DNA from: Candidatus Omnitrophota bacterium
GTDB taxonomy: Bacteria > Omnitrophota > Omnitrophia > Omnitrophales > JACQQS01
Assembly: GCA_016206925.1 (NCBI GenBank)
Contig: JACQQS010000017.1
Location: 2,393 to 66,392, forward strand
Direction: 5' to 3'
DNA length: 64,000 nucleotides
Below are positions 56,796-64,000 of the stretch, piece after piece (position 1 is the stretch's first letter; each line of letters starts with the position of its first letter). The translations under genes were made by a program, and so were the position numbers. The notes under the pieces are model-generated. The model made no database searches, was not told the origin of the DNA, and worked only from the letters and a program-made list of their open reading frames with translations.

Positions 56796-57887
56796 TCATG
56801 CAAAAATTCTTTCTTCATCCGCAAGAGAACAGCCCCTGGACTCGCCGGCCGGTATGCGATCGATAATTTCAAACCCTCTCTGCATACGAATTCCCAAATC
56901 TTCGGTTTCAAGGGCCAACGCCGAGCCGATATTGGACAGGTCAATGTGGCAAAGAATTCCTTCGCAGCCAACCTCGACATCGCTTCCCGTCATAGGATCA
57001 ATCACCCGCGTCCGCGCCCAGGGAGGCCCGAGTTTCTCCACTTCGCCATCATGGCCAAATAACTGGTCGCGCAGCGTAGAATCATAAAATTGCGAGCCCA
57101 TTTCGGTCATTCCGTACTCATTTATGCAATATACAGGGTTAACGCCCAACGTTGATTCAAATTGCCTGTACAAATCCGCCTTTGAAATCCTGCGCCTTTT
57201 CCCTTTCGAACCGCCCGTTTCCATAATCCGGCTTCTTCTGGGCAAATTAAATCGCATCTTTTTTCTGCCACAATAATCGAGAAAATCCAAGAAACCCAAC
57301 GTCGTACCGAAAAGCATGACCGGCTCCGCCTTCTGAGCGGCTTTTCGCAGAAATTCGGATAAGCCCGCCCAATCGGGCTTCGCTCCTTCAAAAAACCATG
57401 CGGATTGCGGAGTACCATATGCGGAAAATACTGTCGAAATCATGCACGATAGGGACGAGTCGGCCGCGCATGAAAAAGAGGGAATAAGAGAAGCCATGGT
57501 CACTTTCCCAAGATCGGGCAGACAAAAGTACTTGAATGCTTTAGACACGGATAATTCGTAAACAGCAAGACTGTCGAGAAACAATTCGCCCTTTCGCGAT
57601 TCGGTTGTCCCGCTCGTTCTAAAAACATAGCGCGCCTTTTCTTTAGGAAAACTTGCCACATAGGCCGATTTAAATGCTATGACAGGAAGAAAGGGGACGG
57701 CGCGCCAGGTTTTAACTTGATCCAGCGTCCTTTTCTCATGCTCGGCAAACTTCCGATAGAACGCACTATTCTCGAACTGAAATTGAAAAAGTTCTCTGGC
57801 GAGATAATCGAAGCGCGCATCGTTCTTATCGTCACATCCCTCTCCGATAAAGGCGCGAATCTCGCCCTCAATTTGAGAACGGTTCAT
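56796..57887 (-). CDS. LuxE-like acyl-protein synthetase (adenylate-forming)
   Basis: FRTSGTTESRKG adenylation-type motif. About 363 aa from the ATG at 57887. It overlaps the upstream aminotransferase by 20 nt. Confidence 0.55.
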   Translation of the reverse strand: MNRSQIEGEIRAFIGEGCDDKNDARFDYLARELFQFQFENSAFYRKFAEHEKRTLDQVKTWRAVPFLPVIAFKSAYVASFPKEKARYVFRTSGTTESRKGELFLDSLAVYELSVSKAFKYFCLPDLGKVTMASLIPSFSCAADSSLSCMISTVFSAYGTPQSAWFFEGAKPDWAGLSEFLRKAAQKAEPVMLFGTTLGFLDFLDYCGRKKMRFNLPRRSRIMETGGSKGKRRRISKADLYRQFESTLGVNPVYCINEYGMTEMGSQFYDSTLRDQLFGHDGEVEKLGPPWARTRVIDPMTGSDVEVGCEGILCHIDLSNIGSALALETEDLGIRMQRGFEIIDRIPAGESRGCSLADEERIFA

Positions 57888-59247
57888 GTGTAAGCTCCGG
57901 CATTCTTTCGCCAAGCCGCCTGTCCAGGCAGCCGATGGCATAATCAACTTGCTCCTCGGTAATTACAAACGGCGGGGTTATGCTCAATACATTATGTCCC
58001 GGCCCGCAAGGCAGTACGATGATTCCGTCCGCAAGAAGCTCTTCTATGAGCTGAGTTGTTTCTTCTGCGCCCGGTTCTTTTGAATTTCTGTCCCGGACAA
58101 TCTCAACCCCAATCATGAGTCCTTTTCCTCTTACATCGCCGATCATTGAGTGTTTCTTCGAAAGCAATCTAAGTTTCCCGATGAGTTTTTCCCCGAGCTG
58201 CTCGGACCGTCGAATTAAGTTTTCATCTTCCAGAACCCGTATGGTTTCTAATGCAGCGGCGGCTCCGAGGGGCGAACCCAAAAATGTGCTTGTGTGAATC
58301 GATTCGCCGCCGGAAGTGCCCCACGCAGACATGATTTGCTCAGAGCCGATGCAGGCCGAGATGGGGAATCCGCCCGTCATTCCTTTTCCTGCGACAAGAA
58401 GATCGGGAACAACATTTTCATGTTCACAGGCAAACCAGGCTCCCGTTCTTCCGAATCCCGTCATGATTTCATCCAGAATCAGCAATACGCCGTTTGCTTC
58501 ACAAAGCACTTTAAGCGCGGATAGAAACCCGTCCGGAGGCACAGCAACGCCTCCCCTGCCCTGAATCGGTTCCAATAAAACTGCTCCGACAGGCTCCTCC
58601 CAACGTGATTTGATCCGCTTGTCGACTTGAACAAGGATCTCATCAAACCCCGATTTGCTTGTTGAGGGGGAATGATATGAATCCGGAAAAGGCACGTGCG
58701 TTACAAAGCGGCCGATCTGTTTTAGAAAAGGCTCTTTAAAATCTAACCGGTGCGTTGCCGCGAGCGTTCCGTAGGTCAATCCATGGTAGGCGTCCTCAAA
58801 GGCAATGACGCCGGCTTTCTTGGTGTACATACAGGCTGTCTTAAGCGCCGACTCGACAGCTTCCGCCCCGGAACTTGAAAAGATGACTTGAGAGAGGTCT
58901 CCAGGCGTAATATCCCGCAGTTTCTCCGCCAATCGGATTTTAAGTTCGGTCGGATGCACATCCCCCATTCCGTGAATCAGTTTCTCCGATTGCTCCTGAA
59001 TGATCCGAACAATCCGCGGATGGGTATGGCCGATTCCTTGGACGCCGAATGCCGATCCGAAATCGACGAAGATGTTGCCGTCTTCATCGCAAACATTGGC
59101 ACCCAAAGCAGACTTCCAGAACACGGGGAATCGGTCGCTGATATAGGTGATTTGCGAGCATTCTACCGCACGGAGGCGCTTAGCCAACTCTTTGGAATGA
59201 GGGCCGGGAATGGCGGTTTGAAATTTGGGCAGGTCTCGTCCAGTCAT
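57868..59247 (-). CDS. class III PLP-dependent aminotransferase
   Basis: LILDEIMTGFGRTG, AGKGMTGGFP (PLP Lys) and SGAEAVESALK. Confidence 0.85.
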   Translation of the reverse strand: MTGRDLPKFQTAIPGPHSKELAKRLRAVECSQITYISDRFPVFWKSALGANVCDEDGNIFVDFGSAFGVQGIGHTHPRIVRIIQEQSEKLIHGMGDVHPTELKIRLAEKLRDITPGDLSQVIFSSSGAEAVESALKTACMYTKKAGVIAFEDAYHGLTYGTLAATHRLDFKEPFLKQIGRFVTHVPFPDSYHSPSTSKSGFDEILVQVDKRIKSRWEEPVGAVLLEPIQGRGGVAVPPDGFLSALKVLCEANGVLLILDEIMTGFGRTGAWFACEHENVVPDLLVAGKGMTGGFPISACIGSEQIMSAWGTSGGESIHTSTFLGSPLGAAAALETIRVLEDENLIRRSEQLGEKLIGKLRLLSKKHSMIGDVRGKGLMIGVEIVRDRNSKEPGAEETTQLIEELLADGIIVLPCGPGHNVLSITPPFVITEEQVDYAIGCLDRRLGERMPELTHEPFSN

Positions 59248-59266
59248 AAGCCGGTGAAATATTTAT

Positions 59267-59416
59267 GTGATTCGTGAAACGTGAAGCGAAAAACGAAAAG
59301 CTAAAAACTAAGAGCGGAAAGAAAAAAATTCTTAAGTGTTTTAAGTTTTTGGTTGTGCACTTTTTGTTCTACGCTTTTTGCTCACGTTTCACGCTTCACG
59401 ATTCACGCTTCACGAG
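59267..59416. repeat. Inverted repeat with heptamer-word arms (GTGAANC) between a DsbA-like gene and the aminotransferase
   Basis: The minus strand after the TAA stop reads CTC GTGAAGC GTGAATC GTGAAGC GTGAAAC GTGAGCA. The partner arm GTGATTCGTGAAACGTGAAGCGAAAAACG lies at 59267-59295. Confidence 0.7.
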
Positions 59417-60430
59417 TTAGCTGTGCAATGCTTCGTCTACAATGGCCTTCACTTCTTCGTAAGGACGGGCTCCGGAAAGCATACGGCCGTTTAAAAAGGA
59501 GGTCGGCGTGCCATCAGCCCCGACGGAGCGGGCATATTCCACGTCGTCTTCCAATTTCCCATCGATGGATGCGTCGGCCATGCACGCGTCGTATTCGGCC
59601 AGATTCATGCCCACCGATTCCGCATAGCTCCGCAGTTCCGAAGGGCCCAGCGCATTTTGATGATCAAACAAAACATTCCTGTATTCCCAAAATTTGCCCA
59701 ATCTGTGGGCGCAAACGGCGGCATGATGCGCCTTCATGGCATGGCTATGCATAGGCAAGGGATTATGCCGGAAAACATGCCGGATATCGTTCGGATATTC
59801 CGATACAATCCGATCAACGGTACTTTTAAAGCGGCCGCAATAAGGGCATTGAAAATCCGAAAATTCGATGAGCGTAATTTTGGCGCCCTCAGGCCCTCTT
59901 GACGGAGCTCCCGCCGTATCGATTTTGAACTCAGGTTCATTAAGGTACGTCTCGACAGGATATTTTACCTTTAGTGAAGTGATGACCTGCCGTTCCTTTT
60001 CTTTCAGCCTGTCCAGGATTATTCTTTCCCGGATGGGAGCTTTCATGCCTTCAAGAGGCTTATTCTGAAAGTAATAACTGTTGTCCTGATAATACTTCAA
60101 AATATCGTCTTCGCTTACGGCGATAGCGTCTTTATTGAGCAGGCCCTTTTTATATTCAGCGGCGGTCGTGTTTAACGACTTTGCCTCCAATTCAAATAAA
60201 ATCTCCGCTACCATTTGATCCAGAGACTGCTTTCGCGCCTGATAAATTTCCGCTTGCAGGGGAATAAGCGCGGATTTGGCAGAATCATCCAATTCGGAAA
60301 AAGTAATGATTTTATCTCCTACTTTCGCCGCAACATCACCTTTGGTTTCGGCGCCGGCAAAAGCCTGGAAGTGCTGGACTAAAAAACATGAAAAAAATAC
60401 GACGCAAACAACTTTTAAATACCTGTGCAT
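59417..60430 (-). CDS. DsbA-family thiol:disulfide oxidoreductase with a SurA-N-like chaperone domain
   Basis: Signal peptide, helical N-domain, and thioredoxin fold with FQCPYCGRF. Confidence 0.75.
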   Translation of the reverse strand: MHRYLKVVCVVFFSCFLVQHFQAFAGAETKGDVAAKVGDKIITFSELDDSAKSALIPLQAEIYQARKQSLDQMVAEILFELEAKSLNTTAAEYKKGLLNKDAIAVSEDDILKYYQDNSYYFQNKPLEGMKAPIRERIILDRLKEKERQVITSLKVKYPVETYLNEPEFKIDTAGAPSRGPEGAKITLIEFSDFQCPYCGRFKSTVDRIVSEYPNDIRHVFRHNPLPMHSHAMKAHHAAVCAHRLGKFWEYRNVLFDHQNALGPSELRSYAESVGMNLAEYDACMADASIDGKLEDDVEYARSVGADGTPTSFLNGRMLSGARPYEEVKAIVDEALHS

Positions 60431-60527
60431 GGGAGATCCTTTCTTGGAAACTAAGGAAAACGGGAATCGGCTTATTTCATTGTACTACAACCGTTTAAGT
60501 AAGGCCACATCCCTTTTCGCAGGGGCG

Positions 60528-61421
60528 CTACTCTTTCGCAACGGTCTTGAAGAAATTTCTTAGTCCCCTGACCGCTTCACCAGCAGCCTGATTGGCGTCG
60601 TCGAACATCTTATCGGTATTAGCCTCCGCTTCATCCAGAAATTTCTGAGCTTCGAGAACATCCTTCTTGGCCATCAAATATCCAAAGCCCTGCCGCGCCA
60701 GAATTTCTGAATTGGCCAGCGCCGACTCGACCTGACGCTGAAGCCCATCGAAGTTAATACCCAGATTTCCAATCGTGGTGTGGTAAGCGATCTGAAGCAC
60801 GATGGTACCGACAATCGCGGCTGGATTGGTAATATTTTTCATGACTTTGTCGTTGATTTTCATGTCAAAGCTGTATGTCTTCGGCGCGGCGCCCTGAACG
60901 CTGTGATCCACGTAATTGACATTACGCATCGTTAAATGCAATTCGTCGATCAAGAACGTGATTTTCTCTTGGCGTGCTCTTTCTTTTTCGGTGTGCACCG
61001 TTTCTTTTTGGGATGAAACGGAAGTTAAAATGCTAAGATTGGTTTTGCCCTCCGCATTTCTGATGACCGTAACTTCATCTAAATTCAAGCGAACCATCTC
61101 CAGATGAACCAATCTCCTCGTTAGAAAATCCGAAATTTTGGCATCGACTTCAACTTCCGGCAGGTTAAGAAAAATCCCCGAATTAAACTCCGGGGGATTG
61201 TAAAGACGAAGATTCTTGATGGAAACGATGCCGAAAAACGGGTTGATATCGAAATGTCCCAATTCAACTTTGAAATCGGCTGCCTGCCCGACGATCAAAC
61301 GTGCAGCATAGGTGAGAATTGCTTTCCGCAAGAAGAAAAATAGAGAAACAACAACCACCGTAATAACGATCAAAACCACGAGCCGTCGGGGCGGTGTCTT
61401 TTTGGATTCTTTATCTGTCAT
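60528..61421 (-). CDS. membrane-anchored hypothetical protein
   Basis: N-terminal TM helix (LVVLIVITVVVVSLFFFL), a beta-rich middle region and a helical C-terminus. No motif recognised. Confidence 0.45.
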   Translation of the reverse strand: MTDKESKKTPPRRLVVLIVITVVVVSLFFFLRKAILTYAARLIVGQAADFKVELGHFDINPFFGIVSIKNLRLYNPPEFNSGIFLNLPEVEVDAKISDFLTRRLVHLEMVRLNLDEVTVIRNAEGKTNLSILTSVSSQKETVHTEKERARQEKITFLIDELHLTMRNVNYVDHSVQGAAPKTYSFDMKINDKVMKNITNPAAIVGTIVLQIAYHTTIGNLGINFDGLQRQVESALANSEILARQGFGYLMAKKDVLEAQKFLDEAEANTDKMFDDANQAAGEAVRGLRNFFKTVAKE

Positions 61422-61423
61422 AA

Positions 61424-62452
61424 CTATTTTTGTGGGGATCCCTGCGGCACCATCAATTGTCTCAACACAACACCGGCTTCCACAAGCAGCCGTTTGGCAA
61501 TGTCCGCAAGCGGATAATCCTGATTAAACACAACTTCTTTGATGCCGGCATTAATGATCATTTTGGTGCACATGAGGCAGGGAGAAAAAGTGGTGTAAAT
61601 GGTGGAATCCTTTATGCTCACGCCGTGATACGATGCCTGCGTAATTGCATTTTCCTCGGCATGCGAACAAAGACATTCGGCGAGCTGCGTTCCCGAAGGC
61701 GCGAAACTGCTGCACCGCGGACAGCCGCCTTCGTTGCAATTCTTCGTTCCGCGAGGTGTGCCGTTATATCCCGTTGAAATAATCCGCCTGTCCTTCACAA
61801 CCACTGCCGCTACTTTACGCTTCACGCAATTCGACCGCCGGGCCGCCACTTCCGCAATAGCCATAAAATATTCATCCCAGCCCGGGCGTCCCAATTCGGA
61901 GGCTAGTTCCATAATGAGATTTTTCACTTTCTGGTGCAATTCGGCAATAGGCCCGTCATTTTTTATTTCCTTCTTTGCCAATTCTTCCGTTGCAATAAGC
62001 TGTTGATCCGCCTCGATCTCACTCCGGGCTTCCCGGTCTTCCACAGCAATGAAATCCCGAAGGCTGCTTGGATCTCCTTCCCTCCTCCGTGCACGCACTC
62101 TCTGAAAGCGAACTTCCTGAGGCGCCGTAACGCGGAGGAGGGCAAAGTCCCTTCTCTTCATTAACGCTGCCGCCTCTTCCGGATGGCGAATGGAATCAAT
62201 CACATACCGCTTGTTCGGCTCAAGCTTGGCGAGAATGCGATTGGCCAGCACACCCGCGCCATATTCGAGCCGGAGACGATTGCCTTCGGCAATTAAAGAT
62301 TCCCTGGTAATGGGTTCGCCCCGTTCCGTCAGGGATTCGCGGATTTCATCGGAAAGGGAAAAATAGTGGAATCCATGTTCGGTGAGAAAACTGGCGACTT
62401 CCCCTTTACCAGAGCCATTTTTCCCTGTGAGCCCGATAATCATGGGCGGCAT
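61424..62452 (-). CDS. fusion protein: P-loop nucleotide kinase-like domain plus dCMP deaminase (ComEB-type)
   Basis: N-terminal GLTGKNGSGKG P-loop. C-terminal zinc motifs CSHAEENAI and PCLMCTKMI. Confidence 0.75.
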   Translation of the reverse strand: MPPMIIGLTGKNGSGKGEVASFLTEHGFHYFSLSDEIRESLTERGEPITRESLIAEGNRLRLEYGAGVLANRILAKLEPNKRYVIDSIRHPEEAAALMKRRDFALLRVTAPQEVRFQRVRARRREGDPSSLRDFIAVEDREARSEIEADQQLIATEELAKKEIKNDGPIAELHQKVKNLIMELASELGRPGWDEYFMAIAEVAARRSNCVKRKVAAVVVKDRRIISTGYNGTPRGTKNCNEGGCPRCSSFAPSGTQLAECLCSHAEENAITQASYHGVSIKDSTIYTTFSPCLMCTKMIINAGIKEVVFNQDYPLADIAKRLLVEAGVVLRQLMVPQGSPQK

Positions 62453-62509
62453 TATAACATGCCCCCGCTATTTCCAAAAGCAATGCTTTTGTTTATAATG
62501 TGATCCGTC

Positions 62510-63139
62510 ATGAGCAAAAAATATTTCTTCACCGGCTTCGTAATTGTTTTCGTTCTCGTTGCCGCCGTGTTTTCCGCAAGAGCGGCATTTCAAAAAGACA
62601 CTTCGTTCTCCCCGACAGGAAAAGTTACGGGCGATCCCTCTGCGCCCATAAAAATAAGCACTTGGAGTGATTTCCAGTGCCCTAGCTGCGCTGTTGCGCA
62701 TAAGACGGTGCATCATTTTATGGAAACGCATCCCGGCATGGCGCAAATCAAGTTCAATCATTTTCCTCTGAAGGGCCATCAGCACGCGCGCATGGCGCAC
62801 ATCTCCGCGGAATGTGCCTACCGCCTCGGAAATTTCTGGCCTTACCACGATAAACTCTACGATAACCAGGAAAAGTGGTCGGTTCTCCAAGATCCGACGG
62901 ATACATTTCTGCAATACGCGGAAGAAATCGGATTCTCGAGAAGCGCATTTCAGGCCTGTCTCGCCGATGTGGCCGCGGAAAAAGCAGTGCTTCTTGAAAA
63001 AATGGACGGCACAAAGCTGCAGATTGAGCGCACACCGACCATCTTCGTTAATAACGAACGCCTGGTCGGCGGGAAAGATCTGGAGGCCAAGCTAAACAGC
63101 CTCCTTCCAAAAGAAGAGGAAAAATCCGTTGACGGGTGA
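62510..63139 (+). CDS. DsbA-family thioredoxin-fold protein
   Basis: N-terminal anchor/signal. FQCPSCAVAH active site. Confidence 0.75.
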   Translation: MSKKYFFTGFVIVFVLVAAVFSARAAFQKDTSFSPTGKVTGDPSAPIKISTWSDFQCPSCAVAHKTVHHFMETHPGMAQIKFNHFPLKGHQHARMAHISAECAYRLGNFWPYHDKLYDNQEKWSVLQDPTDTFLQYAEEIGFSRSAFQACLADVAAEKAVLLEKMDGTKLQIERTPTIFVNNERLVGGKDLEAKLNSLLPKEEEKSVDG

Positions 63140-63599
63140 GAAGAAATTGGCTTGGGTAGATTTCGTTTGGTTTGCGCTGCGAGTGGCTATCGGTTTTACG
63201 TTTGCTTACGCAGGTTTTATGAAACTGATTGAGCCAATTGAAAACTTCGAGTCCGTTGTTTCGGATTACGATCTTTTCTCAAGAGACCTGGTCCCCGTAA
63301 TTGCCCGGACCGTGCCGTGGATCGAGTTAATCGGCGGCACATTTCTGCTTTTGGGCTATGCGCCAAAATTCAGTTCCGCAACGATCGGCGCTCTGGCGCT
63401 GGCATTTTCAATGCTGCTTGGCGCTTCCATCCTTGCGGGCAAAGGAGAAAAGAGCTGCGGCTGTTTCGGAGAAAGCGGTATCAAACTTTCCGCGAACCAC
63501 ATGTTCGTTCTCGACTTGCTTGTCTGCATTTCTTCCGCTCGAATGTATCTATTCGAGTCCTTCCCTTTAAGCCTTCACGCCTGGCTTATCCGCCGATAA
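63129..63599 (+). CDS. MauE/DoxX-family redox-associated membrane protein
   Basis: Four TM helices and a SCGCFG motif. It overlaps the DsbA-like gene by 11 nt. Confidence 0.65.
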   Translation: MTGEKKLAWVDFVWFALRVAIGFTFAYAGFMKLIEPIENFESVVSDYDLFSRDLVPVIARTVPWIELIGGTFLLLGYAPKFSSATIGALALAFSMLLGASILAGKGEKSCGCFGESGIKLSANHMFVLDLLVCISSARMYLFESFPLSLHAWLIRR

Positions 63600-64000
63600 T
63601 CATATTATTTTAGCACTTAAAAAAAGATGATGTTCGTTAGAAAAGTTACGTAATACGTTTTAAATAAATGGATTATGATTATTCGTGCCGGACTTGACTA
63701 GGCGCTGGCTATAATGTTTACTTTCATGTAGGGAAAGAAATGCGGCGGGCTGATTTCTGAAGAAGTTCGGTAACTGAAAAAATTAACCGAAAGTTCTAAC
63801 GAAATGGCGGCTCGTCGTGCGATGTTTTGTTTGCCAACATGAAAGTCTGACGAATTCTTCGAAAAAGTCAGAAAACTCAGGAAGAGGATCAATTCGCTTC
63901 AAGATGGATCGGGGCGATTATTTTTTATTTTTAAATTCTGAAACATTAGAAAAGCTTTTTCAAATAGTTTTAGCGATCCATGTTTGCCCGGACCAAAGAT

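Noticed and set aside
59263-59416. Tandem heptamers and repeated arms considered as a CRISPR array
   Set aside because: The units are 7 nt with no spacers, there are only a few copies, and they are arranged as inverted arms. No cas genes are present.
63600-64000. 400 nt without a convincing ORF at the window end, examined for tRNA, SRP RNA, tmRNA or another ncRNA
   Set aside because: I recognised no conserved RNA motif, only weak short stems and one 64-aa low-quality ORF. The region may be the promoter or leader of a gene beyond the window.

Overview
This is a 64 kb chromosomal segment of a diderm bacterium (lpxA and an outer-membrane porin are present), roughly mid-GC, and probably from an uncultivated lineage. 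It is dominated by bioenergetic genes. An archaeal-order A/V-type ATPase operon (atpHIKECFAB-x-D, 6.4-15.3 kb) comes first. It is followed by a 12-gene complex I operon that lacks nuoEFG, has nuoI before nuoH, and has two nuoM genes (15.4-27.5 kb). Next is a second membrane-arm cluster, nuoJKLMN (27.6-33.6 kb). This cluster converges on a minus-strand operon, nifS-iscA-Rieske-nuoABCDEFGHI-orf178 (45.6-35.3 kb), with a porin gene in the gap. The flanks carry housekeeping genes: fabF, lpxA, an ABC-2 exporter, gph, mutT, queD, ispH, rnhB, Dsb proteins, and an aminotransferase/LuxE/LuxC-like cluster. I found no rRNA, tRNA, CRISPR array, transposase or integrase. The least ordinary signal is a set of intergenic inverted-repeat hairpins whose arms are built from degenerate short tandem words. 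Each sits immediately after a stop codon inside an operon, and one carries a truncated four-helix-bundle (23S-IVS/Avd-like) ORF between atpB and atpD. Other notable points are a 26-residue tandem duplication in the lateral-helix region of both NuoL paralogs, a 37-nt direct repeat bracketing an extra gene at the end of the nuo operon, REP-like GC hairpins inside the first nuo operon, and an ABC ATPase gene with no canonical start codon. All functional calls rest on motif recognition by eye. No searches were run.
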